Of a DNA stretch of 64,000 nucleotides, positions 1-9,730 are shown one piece after another. Within the stretch, counting starts at the first letter, position 1. The number at the start of each line of letters is the position of its first letter. The position numbers and the translations under genes are program-made. The notes beneath the pieces were generated by a model, which made no database searches, was not told where the DNA came from, and saw nothing but the letters and a program-made list of their open reading frames with translations. Origin of the DNA: a virus; IMG/VR virus record IMGVR_UViG_3300017963_000203, positions 66,895-130,894 of that record; one strand, given 5' to 3'.

Positions 1-8
1 CTGAACTC

Positions 9-338
9 GTGATGTTTGCGGCGAACCCAGCCATGCTCAACACCGTCAGGGACAAGGTCAGGGAAGGCATGGTCATCCACCCGCACAAGAGGTACTCCGG
101 GCTTGCCAAAGGCCTCGATACAGTGTTCGCGGAGATCCAGAAACCTGACCAGATCTTCGTGTTCACCAGGCTCTTCTACGCGAAGTACGGCTCGCCGGCC
201 GACCGCAAGTTCCCTCGGATGCAGCTCGTCTGGCCCGACGAGTTCAACGTCTTCCCCTGGGAGGACGGGTTCAACGATCATTTCCGGCCGGCTCAGCTCG
301 AGGTGGCCCAATGGCCTGAGAAAGGAGCGAAAGTATGA
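9..338 (+). CDS. DUF4262-like protein (probably 5'-truncated by window edge)
   Basis: C-terminal 'MQLVWPDEFNVFPWE' resembles the QLVWPD..G.FPW signature of DUF4262. Confidence 0.6.
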   Translation: MMFAANPAMLNTVRDKVREGMVIHPHKRYSGLAKGLDTVFAEIQKPDQIFVFTRLFYAKYGSPADRKFPRMQLVWPDEFNVFPWEDGFNDHFRPAQLEVAQWPEKGAKV

Positions 339-458
339 AGGAGCGGACGTTCGACCGGCCCCAGATCACCGATGCGGAGATCAAGACCGCCCTCAGTGAG
401 ATCGGGAGCAAGTCGGATCCATGGCGTCCAAGAGGATGGACTGGTAGGAAAGCAAAAA

Positions 459-491
459 GGACCCCATCCTCTCCGGATGAGGTCCTTTTTT
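459..491 (+). terminator. intrinsic terminator-like hairpin
   Basis: GGACCcCATCC-tctcc-GGATGAGGTCC followed by T7. Confidence 0.55.
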
Positions 492-509
492 ATCTCGATA
501 TGTCCCTCG

Positions 510-771
510 TCAGACCATCACCGCCCCGGTCTGCCTGCGCTGTCGCCGGAAGATCGCCGCTGGAATGGCCGGTCTGGCCCGTACGGCGACGTCGTCTCCA
601 CCCCAACCCTCTTCCGTTTCCGGAGGTGTGGCGATCATGACTTCGGCGCCGCAGAGCTCGCACTTGAGATGTCCGGGTTTCACGGAGAACAGCCTGTCCC
701 CGCAACCCGGACAGAGATTGGGTGTCGGCTTTCCGTTGAACGGAGCCTCTCCCCTGATTCCGGGTTCCATG
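510..771 (-). CDS. small zinc-ribbon protein
   Basis: CPGC...CELC in ORF 510..806; probable start at M-E-P-G. Confidence 0.4.
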
Positions 772-904
772 CTACACCTCATGAGTGCTAAAACGGGGCT
801 CACCAAGAACCTCCGATTGATTTGCTGTTCTCACTATTAAAGTAACATAGAAAGCAAGCCACGCAAACCAAATTCGTGGCTATACGGAAAATAACCACAC
901 CTGT

Positions 905-913
905 GTCATAAGA
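905..913 (+). promoter_or_regulatory. putative phage promoter motif GTCATAAGA
   Basis: Matches a motif found in 5 other intergenic regions; lies in an AT-rich gap upstream of the 954 operon. Confidence 0.5.
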
Positions 914-953
914 CCTGTAGATGGAAATAAGGTTCGTTTTTTGGAGATGAGGC

Positions 954-1280
954 ATGACCGAGGAAGACAAGGAGAAGAACGCGATCAAAAAGACCAAGGA
1001 AATGCTGGAGGGCATGAAGGACCTCGGGAAGAAGATGAGAGAGGTCCAGGGCGCCCTGGAGGCATCTCTCGACCGACACAGGGACACGCTCCTGAAGGTG
1101 GACCAGCCGGGCGATCTCGAGGAGAAGGTCAACGCCCTTCTCGACATCAACGCCGGCCTTGCCCGGGCTCAAGCCATCGGAATGGGGATGACCCTGACGC
1201 AGCTCGACTTGACGATGGAGCAGATGGGCAGCGTATTCGACCTCATGATCGACGACGAGGACGCCCCGGGCATCGGGTAG
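954..1280 (+). CDS. hypothetical coiled-coil protein
   Basis: ORF with GGAG/GAGG RBS; followed by hairpin and T-tract. Confidence 0.7.
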   Translation: MTEEDKEKNAIKKTKEMLEGMKDLGKKMREVQGALEASLDRHRDTLLKVDQPGDLEEKVNALLDINAGLARAQAIGMGMTLTQLDLTMEQMGSVFDLMIDDEDAPGIG

Positions 1281-1287
1281 GCATCAG

Positions 1288-1314
1288 GGGACCGCTTGAC
1301 CGGCGGTCTCTTTT
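1288..1314 (+). terminator. intrinsic terminator-like hairpin
   Basis: GGGACCGC-ttgaccg-GCGGTCTC-TTTT. Confidence 0.55.
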
Positions 1315-1332
1315 ATCCGGAAAGGAGACGTC

Positions 1333-2103
1333 ATGGATTTCGACACCAAGGAGGGGATCGCTGAGGCGGTCCAGACGCTCGAAGGATTCGGCGAACTGCG
1401 CAGAACGCGGCATCACGCGGCCTACGTCGACGAGCATCGGTTGAACGAGTTCGTCGTTCTCGGCCGATGGCTGCTCGACTCCTGCGGGAACTGCATGGGC
1501 GCCCCGACGCCGTTCAACGTGTCCCCAGTACTCACCAAACAGGAGTTCTTCGAGGAGATCGGCAGGGACAACATGGTGGGCTTCGGGATGCCGACCAGCA
1601 TTCCGGGCCACAAGGACATCTGCCCGTTCTGCAACCGCGGGTGGAGCATCCACAACGTCCACGACTGCTACCAGACCCACATCGGGCAGGCCTGGTTCAC
1701 CTATCACGCCCGGTGCTACCGGATCAAGCTCGCCAAGGAGACCCAAGGCGACCTGGAAGCGGCCTTCGACGTAGCCGGTCTCGGCCCTGCCTTCTTCATC
1801 CCCGTTCCTAACGAATACTATCCGGATCCCAACGCCATCTTCTACACCTACTGGTTCGACGTGTACACGTCCCTGGCCAGGTTCAAGGTTGGGTGGCGGA
1901 AGCGGGTCATCCATCTCGAGGTCGTGGACCCGACTGAGGGCTACGACACGGAGGAGCTGTTTCCCAAGGAGAGCACGACGAAGTTCGGCCAGGTGATCCA
2001 CTGCTGGGGCTACACGAAGATGGCGCAGTACCTGGCCATGTTCCGGAGCGCCCTCATCGAGAAGAGGCTGCAACGTCTCTACCCAAGGAAGGAGGACTCA
2101 TGA
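1333..2103 (+). CDS. hypothetical phage protein (CxxC; 'GWRKRVI' motif)
   Basis: AAGGAG RBS, GC3-rich codons, overlaps next gene ATGA. Confidence 0.8.
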   Translation: MDFDTKEGIAEAVQTLEGFGELRRTRHHAAYVDEHRLNEFVVLGRWLLDSCGNCMGAPTPFNVSPVLTKQEFFEEIGRDNMVGFGMPTSIPGHKDICPFCNRGWSIHNVHDCYQTHIGQAWFTYHARCYRIKLAKETQGDLEAAFDVAGLGPAFFIPVPNEYYPDPNAIFYTYWFDVYTSLARFKVGWRKRVIHLEVVDPTEGYDTEELFPKESTTKFGQVIHCWGYTKMAQYLAMFRSALIEKRLQRLYPRKEDS

Positions 2104-2738
2104 TCGCCGTCGGCATGAAACTGAAGCCGAGGCCACACCTTCGCGACCGGGACGACTCGATCGCCATCGTCGAGCAGAAGCACTACGAGCTCGGCTGGTA
2201 CATCACGATCGACAACAACTTCGGTTCCTGGTACAAGACCGAGCAGCGCATCTGGTGCGACTTCGAAACGGTCCCCTGGGTGCAGAAGATTTTCCCGGAA
2301 CCCGAATCGAAACTGACCCCCGAAGAGAAGAAGGCCGTCGTCCATTTCTGCGTGCGCTGCCTCGGAAGCAGCGACAACAGCTCGTGGGGTGCGGCTGTCG
2401 GCCCCAGCTACTGCATGAACTGCGGAGCAGGCGGCACGATCGACATCCCGAGGTGGGCCGTGGAGTCCATCCGTGAACAGGCTTCGTGGGTGGGAAAGCG
2501 GTACTACCCGCACAAGGAGGACCTCGAGACCAGAGAAGAGATCAGGCTGCTCAGGGCCCTGGCCCCCGACGACCCTCGGAGAACTGTCAAGCAGGATGAA
2601 AACAATCCGCGGCGGTTCTACGCGGAGCAGCCCACCAAGACCGGGTCCACCGGCACGACCGTCGTAGCCGACAGCCTGGAGGAAGCTCGGGAGAAAGCGA
2701 AAGTCGCCCTCCCCTATTTGCCGCCCAAGGAGGAATAA
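2100..2738 (+). CDS. hypothetical protein with CxxC pairs
   Basis: GGAGG RBS, coupled to both neighbours; CVRC and CMNC. Confidence 0.75.
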   Translation: MIAVGMKLKPRPHLRDRDDSIAIVEQKHYELGWYITIDNNFGSWYKTEQRIWCDFETVPWVQKIFPEPESKLTPEEKKAVVHFCVRCLGSSDNSSWGAAVGPSYCMNCGAGGTIDIPRWAVESIREQASWVGKRYYPHKEDLETREEIRLLRALAPDDPRRTVKQDENNPRRFYAEQPTKTGSTGTTVVADSLEEAREKAKVALPYLPPKEE

Positions 2739-3577
2739 TGCCGAGTCTCGGAGACCGGATGAAAACCTACGAGGAGCTGTGGGACAACAGACTCCTCCCG
2801 CTCGCCCCTGTCTGCGCCCGCATTGACGGACGCGCGTTCCACACCTGGACCAAGGGCTTGACCGAGCCCTACGACGACGATCTTCGCAACGCCTTCATGG
2901 ACGTAGCCGGGCGCATGATCGAAGAGACCGGAGCTCGTGTGGCTCACACCTTCAGCGACGAGATCAATCTCGTCTTCGTGCAGGAATCCTGGAAGAGCCA
3001 GATCTTCTTCGACGGGCGCCACCAGAAGCTGTGCTCCGTCCTGGCCTCTATGGTCACGGGCCACTTCATGCAGTGGATCCCAGCGATCATGGATGGGAAA
3101 ACAGTGGTGAAGATCCCCGCGTTCGATTGCCGCGTCTGGTCGGTCCCTGATCTCGACGAAGCCGCAAACTACATCCTCTGGAGAGAACGAGATGCAGAGC
3201 GTAACTCGATCCAGATGCTGGCGCAGTCCTGCTACAAGCACGCTGACCTACAAGGCAAGAGCAACGACGATCTTCAGGAGATGTGCTGGCAGAAGGGTCT
3301 CAACTGGAACGACGTGCCTGTTATGCACAAACGCGGCGCCATCCTGCGAAAGATCAGCGTGACCCGGAAGTTCACAGCAGAGGAGCTCGCTGATCTGCCC
3401 CCGCAGCACGAGGCGCGGCACAACCCGAATCTCCTGGTTCGCCGTCACAAGGTCGCCGCGCTGGACCTGAGGCCCCTCAGCAAGTACACCCACCAGGAGC
3501 GGGTGGACTACCTTCTCGGAGATACCTACGAGGTGAACCTGGACGATGAATCCAGTGGCGAACCATCCAGGGATTGA
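2738..3577 (+). CDS. thg1: tRNA(His) guanylyltransferase Thg1-like protein (3'-5' polymerase)
   Basis: LGDRMKxYE, RIDGRAFHTWT, SDEI, FFDGRxQKLxSVLAS, FDCR and WRxxDAxRNSI motifs typical of the Thg1/TLP family. Confidence 0.93.
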   Translation: MPSLGDRMKTYEELWDNRLLPLAPVCARIDGRAFHTWTKGLTEPYDDDLRNAFMDVAGRMIEETGARVAHTFSDEINLVFVQESWKSQIFFDGRHQKLCSVLASMVTGHFMQWIPAIMDGKTVVKIPAFDCRVWSVPDLDEAANYILWRERDAERNSIQMLAQSCYKHADLQGKSNDDLQEMCWQKGLNWNDVPVMHKRGAILRKISVTRKFTAEELADLPPQHEARHNPNLLVRRHKVAALDLRPLSKYTHQERVDYLLGDTYEVNLDDESSGEPSRD

Positions 3578-3815
3578 TTCGGGCCTCGACCTGGTCCGAA
3601 TGGGTCTGGCAGACAACTTCGGGATCGGCGAGGGAACCTACGCCGACTACACGGGCCACCTGACGCTCTTTGCCCTGAAAGACGGGGTTGCGGTTGCGAG
3701 ATGGGCTCCGGACTACTGGAGGAAGGACGGGTACTTTCAGGCTGGTTGGTACTGCGTCCGGACCCACGTGCTGCTTCTCAGGGACGACTACTGGGCGGCA
3801 GAAGAGGTGGAGTGA
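3546..3815 (+). CDS. hypothetical protein
   Basis: ORF continuing the operon and ending at the convergent terminator. Confidence 0.55.
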   Translation: MNPVANHPGIDSGLDLVRMGLADNFGIGEGTYADYTGHLTLFALKDGVAVARWAPDYWRKDGYFQAGWYCVRTHVLLLRDDYWAAEEVE

Positions 3816-3829
3816 TCCGCCTCTTTTTT
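3803..3829 (+). terminator. terminator between convergent units
   Basis: AGAGGTGGA-gtga-TCCGCCTCT then T-tract. Confidence 0.6.
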
Positions 3830-4205
3830 AACCGCCCCACATCTCATCGATCAACGGATCGTCCTCTTCGCATCTCTCGATGAAATCGTCCTCAGGAAGA
3901 TCCTCGACGGGAATGTCGACCGCGACACGCCGAATGAACTTGATGTAGGTGAGCGTGGACATCCGGTTGGACTTCTCGCTCTCCGATACGATCTCGACGT
4001 TGGGGTCGTTGTGGAGATTCCGCCAGGTCTGTTTGTCCGTCTCGAATACGAGGTTGAGGACCTCGACATCGTGGACTTCTCGGAACTCCTGACCCTCCTC
4101 CTCGTCCTCATCCGAGAAGATGGACAGTGGCGTCGGCCGTGCGCGCTGGATGGCGTTGACGACCTCTGACATCGTGTCCGTCTCTCGCTTCTTCGGGAGA
4201 GCCAT
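3828..4205 (-). CDS. hypothetical acidic protein downstream of portal
   Basis: Coupled to portal stop (TGATG). Confidence 0.7.
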   Translation of the reverse strand: MALPKKRETDTMSEVVNAIQRARPTPLSIFSDEDEEEGQEFREVHDVEVLNLVFETDKQTWRNLHNDPNVEIVSESEKSNRMSTLTYIKFIRRVAVDIPVEDLPEDDFIERCEEDDPLIDEMWGG

Positions 4206-6088
4206 CAGATCCCCGCTTTCTCCGGATTCCTTGGCGGTTTCTGCTCAGGCAGCGCAGTGACGGCCTTCTTTGCGTTCTCGATGATCTTTACGCGCTGCTG
4301 TATGGCTCTGGCGAGCGTGGGATTGGTCTCCTGGAGTGTGAGGAGTTCCTGCTGCTTCATGTGGTCCGGTACGTTCTTCATGAAGTGTTCAGCCATGAGC
4401 CCGAGGACGTTCGGAGCTGGTAGACGGCCTGCTCCGTTGTTCCCGGGAAAGGCTGCACCAGGCGCCGCAGGGTTGGGCTCGGCCTGCGGAGAGCCCCCCT
4501 CCTGCATGGGCTGCCCCTGGGCCGCGGCCTGCTCGGACGCCGCTGCCTGTGCCTGCGCCTGGGCAGATATCTGCTCCTGCTGAAGCTGGAGCTGTGCGCG
4601 GCCAGCGATGAGCGTCTGCTCGGCCTGGAGCTTCGCTTGCTCCACGCCCTCCTCGTACATGTCCCGGAGACGCTGCTCGCGTTCGGCGCGCTTGTAGTCC
4701 TTCTCCTTGTCGTAGTCGAAGTCGAGCTGCTCGACTGTGGTGCGGTCGGAGATCGTGTTCGTCTGGCGCAGGGAGAGAGCGATTTGCTTCTGCTGCGCGT
4801 CATCGGCCATCTTGAAGTCCTGGTGACGGATGGAGATCTTCGGCAGACGGAGAAATCTCTGAAGCCTGGGGATGAGGAAGGTCTGCTCGAACCGCTCGAG
4901 GTCCTCGATCATGTTCAGGAAGAGGTTCTCGAGGACGCGCAGGGACACGGAAGCGCCCGACCACTGGAGGTTGCCGATCACGAACTCCACCGGAACGTCC
5001 AGGCCGCCGGCGATTTGCTGTCGGACCTGCTCCATGTCGTTGAAGACGTTCAGAGCTTTGGCATCCCCGCGAATGTTCTCGACTGTGGCGGGGAACGGGG
5101 CTGTGAAGATCGCGTTCGGATCTCGCCGCCACGTCCGGACCATGTCCTGCATGTTCGACGCCCACGTCTGAAGGTTGTAGTTCAGGTGGGGCGAAGCACC
5201 TGCCGGCGCAGCCGAAGGGATGAGAACGGTCAGAGGAAGGATGTGCTCGACGCTGATGGCCTCCTGGGCGCGTCGCAGGGTCTGGTAAAGCCACGAATCC
5301 TTGAAAACGTGCAGGAGCGGAGGGATGGGGAAGTTCTCGTCCTCGGATGAAGGACCGAGCTCCTCGAACACGTAGACCTGATCCTCGTCGAGACCGAAGT
5401 TCTGGTTCTTCTTGATGGCTTCGAGAATCTCGTCGGGCGTCGTCTCGACCAGCACTCGGTTCCGCTTCGGATCTTCAATCTTTTTGGTGAGATATCTCGG
5501 GACCCGGTAGATGTATCGCTTGTAGCCGGTCCAGGGGTTGCTCTGGACCTCCATGTCCATCGGACGCCAGCGGATGATCTTGATCCGGGATCTGTTTCGG
5601 ACCGTCACGCACTCGGATTTGAACTCTCCCTTGTGATGGCACTTTGTGCATTGGGACATCCATCGGTGCCCCTCGTAGGTCCACTTGAGATTCTTGAGCG
5701 GATACTTCTCGTTACAGGCCGGACAAATCAAGAAGCGCTCGAAGGGATAGGCAATGGAAAGGTAGGCCACCCCGTAAACGCTCATGTCGAGCAGAGCCTC
5801 GATGGACACGCGCTTGATGTTGATGTTGTCCTCGAGGAGCTTCTTCCAGATCTCCTTCGAATTCGAGTTCCCCTCGTAGATCAGCGGCGTCTGAACGTAC
5901 GCCACCTTCTTCTTGAGGATGGGCTTAATCTCGGAGTGGGTCATGTACAGGTAGAGACACCACCTGTACAACTCCTTCATCGAGGGCGGAATGAACGCGC
6001 TCGACAGATCGAACGACGGGTGCGGATAGGTCATGACCGATTTACGGCCTGTCCTGGTCCGTTCTTTCAACGTCGCTACATCGCTCAT
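4205..6088 (-). CDS. probable phage portal protein with zinc-ribbon insertion
   Basis: 627 aa; portal-like segments (PPLLHVFKD..LRRAQEAI; IAGGLDVPVEFV; SGASVSLRVLEN), coiled Q/A/P-rich C-terminus, CPAC/CTKC insertion; sits in structural-strand block. Confidence 0.65.
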   Translation of the reverse strand: MSDVATLKERTRTGRKSVMTYPHPSFDLSSAFIPPSMKELYRWCLYLYMTHSEIKPILKKKVAYVQTPLIYEGNSNSKEIWKKLLEDNINIKRVSIEALLDMSVYGVAYLSIAYPFERFLICPACNEKYPLKNLKWTYEGHRWMSQCTKCHHKGEFKSECVTVRNRSRIKIIRWRPMDMEVQSNPWTGYKRYIYRVPRYLTKKIEDPKRNRVLVETTPDEILEAIKKNQNFGLDEDQVYVFEELGPSSEDENFPIPPLLHVFKDSWLYQTLRRAQEAISVEHILPLTVLIPSAAPAGASPHLNYNLQTWASNMQDMVRTWRRDPNAIFTAPFPATVENIRGDAKALNVFNDMEQVRQQIAGGLDVPVEFVIGNLQWSGASVSLRVLENLFLNMIEDLERFEQTFLIPRLQRFLRLPKISIRHQDFKMADDAQQKQIALSLRQTNTISDRTTVEQLDFDYDKEKDYKRAEREQRLRDMYEEGVEQAKLQAEQTLIAGRAQLQLQQEQISAQAQAQAAASEQAAAQGQPMQEGGSPQAEPNPAAPGAAFPGNNGAGRLPAPNVLGLMAEHFMKNVPDHMKQQELLTLQETNPTLARAIQQRVKIIENAKKAVTALPEQKPPRNPEKAGI

Positions 6089-6702
6089 TTCTTGAATCCG
6101 ATCGCCTTGGAGATCCTGGAGAAGGTTGCCGGCCTGATCTTGGGAATCTTACCGAACCTTATCTTAGGAGCCTTCGGCTCCGGCGGCTGCACATTGATGA
6201 TAACGGGACCTTTGATCGTTCCGGGCTTTTTCTTCCGCTTCTTCCCGAACAATTCGCTCAGAGAGGCCGCAGCCTCGGCCGCCAGGAAAGCCGCGCCAAC
6301 TCCGATCGACCCCGTGCCCATGCCTCGGCCGAGTCGTGTTTTGGATGCAAAACGATGCGCTTTCGGCCCGAACTTGCCCATCTCAGCCAGCGCATGGGCA
6401 CCCTCTCCAGCCAGTGCCGCGTAACCGATCGCCTGCGTCAGCGGGTGGTGGACGATACTCGCGAATGACGCGACTTTCTTCAGGGGGCGCACAGGCTTCG
6501 ACGGAACGGACGGCTTGGGCTGGAACTTCGGAAACCGTCTTTTGAGCATAGTCTCTATTCTTCCCGGGACCTGCTTGTCGAAGATTTCACTCAGACCGTG
6601 CTCGTACTTGGCCTGAAGCGCGTCGAAACGCTTCTTCAGACGACCTTCCACGGAGGCCGCCTTGAACAGCTCGTCGATGAATCCTGCGATGAACGGGTTC
6701 AT
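6085..6702 (-). CDS. putative virion-internal protein (FxxGFxDELxKxA-tagged)
   Basis: N-terminus MNPFIAGFIDELFKAA; very basic, Gly/Ala hydrophobic segments. Confidence 0.75.
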   Translation of the reverse strand: MNPFIAGFIDELFKAASVEGRLKKRFDALQAKYEHGLSEIFDKQVPGRIETMLKRRFPKFQPKPSVPSKPVRPLKKVASFASIVHHPLTQAIGYAALAGEGAHALAEMGKFGPKAHRFASKTRLGRGMGTGSIGVGAAFLAAEAAASLSELFGKKRKKKPGTIKGPVIINVQPPEPKAPKIRFGKIPKIRPATFSRISKAIGFKK

Positions 6703-7025
6703 GCCGTGCTCTTGATGAATTTGTGGTATCGACTGATAGCGCCCTTGAGACTCTTCGCATAGTTCAGGGCCCGATGCGTGTGAGTCTCAAACCATGTCTT
6801 TCCGTTGATGACCGCCTTGCTGACAGCCGGAGTCTTCTTCCGCTTCCCGTCCCTTCCGAAATGGAAGTTCCAGACGGCCTTGGACTTCATAACCTTTTTC
6901 CGCTCCTCCGGCGTCAACGGAACGCGGCTCTTCACGAAGGACTTCCAGTCCGGGTGTCCCTTCGGCGCCCCCGGCTTGGCGATCTTCTCGATCTCGTCCA
7001 AAAAGCCGTACATGAACGGATTCAT
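6699..7025 (-). CDS. putative virion-internal protein (tagged)
   Basis: N-terminus MNPFMYGFLDEIEKIA; basic. Confidence 0.75.
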   Translation of the reverse strand: MNPFMYGFLDEIEKIAKPGAPKGHPDWKSFVKSRVPLTPEERKKVMKSKAVWNFHFGRDGKRKKTPAVSKAVINGKTWFETHTHRALNYAKSLKGAISRYHKFIKSTA

Positions 7026-7264
7026 TACGCCGGACCTTGTCTCTGCGGAAGAGGCGTTGCCCCTCCGATGGTCTTCTTGGGGTTGAGGGGGTCCTTCATG
7101 ATCCCCTCCTTGAGCGTCTTCTCATAGTTGGCCTTATCGAGCCCGGAGGTCTGGCCGATGAACCTCTCGAACGACTCCTTCGGCTGCTTGATGCCGGCAA
7201 TCGTCTGTTGCTGGGCATACTTGCTAATCTCGTCCAGAAACCCCCGCATGAAAGCGGCGTTCAT
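7025..7264 (-). CDS. putative virion-internal protein (tagged)
   Basis: N-terminus MNAAFMRGFLDEISKYA. Confidence 0.75.
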   Translation of the reverse strand: MNAAFMRGFLDEISKYAQQQTIAGIKQPKESFERFIGQTSGLDKANYEKTLKEGIMKDPLNPKKTIGGATPLPQRQGPA

Positions 7265-7896
7265 GCCGGCACCTCCTCACCCTTGGCCAGGCGTTCTCTG
7301 ATGTAGACCTCGATATCGTGGAGCTTACCCACTTGGACCATGACCGGATCGTGCTGCTGATGCTCCGGAATGGAGAGCTGAGTGAACCGCTCGATGTCCC
7401 AAACCTTGCGCACCTCTTGGGCCAGATCCTTCAACTCCCCGCTGTACGGTGGTTGGGCGAAAGCAAAGGAACGGTGGTAAACCAACAGACCTGCCTGATG
7501 ACAGCAGCCTTGGACATAGGCAGCGACTTCCCTGGAAAATGAACGCACGGCAATGGCATTCGCCACAGTCAACCCATACCCGAGTTCCTCCGGAAGACAG
7601 ACCTGGATGTTCTCTACGTCCACATACCGGTCGTTGAACGCAAGGATGATCTTCTCGAAGACCGCGTAGTCGTCCCAGAACTCCCTGGTCATGAAAAATG
7701 TGCGGAGGGCGTTGATCTTGTCCCGGACTTCGTCGCTTACCTCGACCCCGAAGTCGTCCTGAATCTCCAGCCAGAGGGTCTGCGGGTCCCACTCGAGCCA
7801 CGCCCCGTCGTACTTCCCGAACAGAATCCGACGGTAGACGTGAGGCGGGATGAACCGCTCACGGAACACGTTTTTCAGAGCCGAGATGTCTGCCAC
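7261..7896 (-). CDS. hypothetical head-module protein
   Basis: GAGGA RBS, overlaps next gene. Confidence 0.8.
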   Translation of the reverse strand: MADISALKNVFRERFIPPHVYRRILFGKYDGAWLEWDPQTLWLEIQDDFGVEVSDEVRDKINALRTFFMTREFWDDYAVFEKIILAFNDRYVDVENIQVCLPEELGYGLTVANAIAVRSFSREVAAYVQGCCHQAGLLVYHRSFAFAQPPYSGELKDLAQEVRKVWDIERFTQLSIPEHQQHDPVMVQVGKLHDIEVYIRERLAKGEEVPA

Positions 7897-7906
7897 GATT
7901 CCTCGT

Positions 7907-9022
7907 CTACGATTCGTGTTTCACCGGAGGCACGTTGGGTGCTCCGGCCAGGTCCCGGTCCACTTCCTTGAGCTTGGCCCCGAGACTGATCCTCGCAGGC
8001 ACCGCAGCGGGCTCCATGAGATCCCTCTTCACGTGCCCCACGTTGACCGTGGGAATGCGGTTCATCATGTGGGTGAGGATTCTCTTCTCCACCGTCCCGG
8101 CCTCTTTCAGGGTCTTTTCCGGGTCGTTGACGAACTTGGAGACGAAGAGCGGGTCGAAGATCTTCGCGAGCTCGACGTGCTTGGTGGCGAGCGTCTGGAG
8201 CTTCCACTTCCGGATGTCTTCTTCCTTGCTCCCGATCTTTTCCATGGCGAGCCCACCGTAGACGGCGAGATACGGATCCCGCAGACCGTCGTCGTACCGG
8301 CTCTCGAGGCCGGCGAGCTTGTCGAAGGTCTCCAGAGCTTCTCGAATGGCCGTGTGTCCCTGGTGAACTACTGGAGCCATGACCTCGAGGAACGTGTCGG
8401 CCAGGTGCGCTGCGGCCCCCTCCTTCACGAGAGCGTGTCGAGCCTTCAACTCCTCGCGGAGGTAGGGGCCGTGCTTTTCCTTCTCGACGTAGTCCCAGAT
8501 CCGCTCGTCGAGTCCCACTCCAGTGGCGCAGGCGATCTTGAACAGCTTGTTCGCCCGATCGTATCGCTCTTGTGGTGAAAGACCCGACATGACGTGCAGG
8601 AAATCGTCCTGGGCGCTCTTGGCGAGGAACTCGTGGTCGAGCGGTTGGATCTCTGGAGTCTCCTCGAGAACCACGTGGCCGCTGACTGGGCGTGGGAAAA
8701 CGCCCGCCAGCCCGTAGGGCAAGTTCAGGTCGTGACGAAGATGTGCGCGTTTCAGGAAGTAGCCGGCTGCGTTCCGGAGGTTCTCCGGGAGATCGTCGGC
8801 CACCGCGCAGAAGTACCGCCCCGACAGGGCCGTGGCCGTCTTGTTGTAGACGGGCCAGCGACGCACGTCACCGTGGGCCGTGGCGATCTTCACAGCGAAA
8901 TCCCTGTCCCGCAGGGACCCTATCTTCTCGAGAGGTACCAGGTCGAGATTCCTGGCCTCGATGTGGGCGATGAAGTCCAGGTCATCGTAAAAATCGAGGA
9001 CCCTTCCGGCCACCTTGAACAT
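7907..9022 (-). CDS. hypothetical head-module protein with many K-x-A/G sites
   Basis: GGAGGG RBS; FKVA, EKIG (x2), VKIA, AKSA, FKIA, DKLA. Confidence 0.8.
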   Translation of the reverse strand: MFKVAGRVLDFYDDLDFIAHIEARNLDLVPLEKIGSLRDRDFAVKIATAHGDVRRWPVYNKTATALSGRYFCAVADDLPENLRNAAGYFLKRAHLRHDLNLPYGLAGVFPRPVSGHVVLEETPEIQPLDHEFLAKSAQDDFLHVMSGLSPQERYDRANKLFKIACATGVGLDERIWDYVEKEKHGPYLREELKARHALVKEGAAAHLADTFLEVMAPVVHQGHTAIREALETFDKLAGLESRYDDGLRDPYLAVYGGLAMEKIGSKEEDIRKWKLQTLATKHVELAKIFDPLFVSKFVNDPEKTLKEAGTVEKRILTHMMNRIPTVNVGHVKRDLMEPAAVPARISLGAKLKEVDRDLAGAPNVPPVKHES

Positions 9023-9033
9023 GGGCTCCCTCC

Positions 9034-9615
9034 TTACATGCTGGCCGCTTCGACGGGCCCCACGCCGACCGACGGAGCACCCGGGGGCGCCTGCGGCGCT
9101 GACGACGGCGCGCCTCCCATCGGGGATGCGCCTTGCTCGGGGGGCATACCCTGAGGCTGTTGGGCCGCGGCTGCGGCAGCCTCGGGCGGCACACCGCCAG
9201 CCTCGGGAGGAAGACCCCCCGCGGCGGCCGCGGTCGCCGGGTTCGGGGCCATCCCTTGCATGACCGACATCTCCCCCTGGATGCGGGCCATCTCTCGCTG
9301 CATCCGAATCATCTCCATCTTCTGGCGCATGTTGGTGACGATGCGCCGGAGACGGCGGTTCTCCTGGTGCAGCGGGTCGGCCTCCATCTCGTCGATGGGG
9401 TCCGGCGTTTCCAGATCCCTTCGGAGATCCTTCTCCAGCTTCTGGGCGTAGAGGCTGGCGAGCATGGGGAGGTTCGGGGGCGGCGCCTGCATGGTGTGCA
9501 TGGCGATTGCCTGGAGGACGGGGTTACCGCCCCCGTCGCCCCTGAAGCCATAGGCTCGCTTCTCCATCTCTGCCTGACCGTGTTCGGCCAGGATCTTGAG
9601 CATGGCGCTTTCCAT
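9034..9615 (-). CDS. hypothetical protein, P/G/A/Q-rich C-terminus
   Basis: GAGG RBS; MEKRA near N-terminus, coiled middle, low-complexity tail. Confidence 0.75.
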   Translation of the reverse strand: MESAMLKILAEHGQAEMEKRAYGFRGDGGGNPVLQAIAMHTMQAPPPNLPMLASLYAQKLEKDLRRDLETPDPIDEMEADPLHQENRRLRRIVTNMRQKMEMIRMQREMARIQGEMSVMQGMAPNPATAAAAGGLPPEAGGVPPEAAAAAAQQPQGMPPEQGASPMGGAPSSAPQAPPGAPSVGVGPVEAASM

Positions 9616-9730
9616 GGAAACCTCAAAAATCGAACTTGGTTCCGTCAGGAGATAAGTGTCCAGAAGATTCTACCCTGAAACGCTCTTTCGACAAGTACTG
9701 GAGAGGCGGCCGTGTTTGGAAGGAGGGGTC

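Noticed and set aside
335-640. ORF MKERTFDRP...
   Set aside because: The start is plausible, but the frame runs through a terminator and overlaps an opposite-strand ORF, so boundaries cannot be supported
9654-9670. Possible seventh copy of the promoter motif (TGTCCAGAAGA)
   Set aside because: Too divergent from GTCA(T/C)RAGA to call
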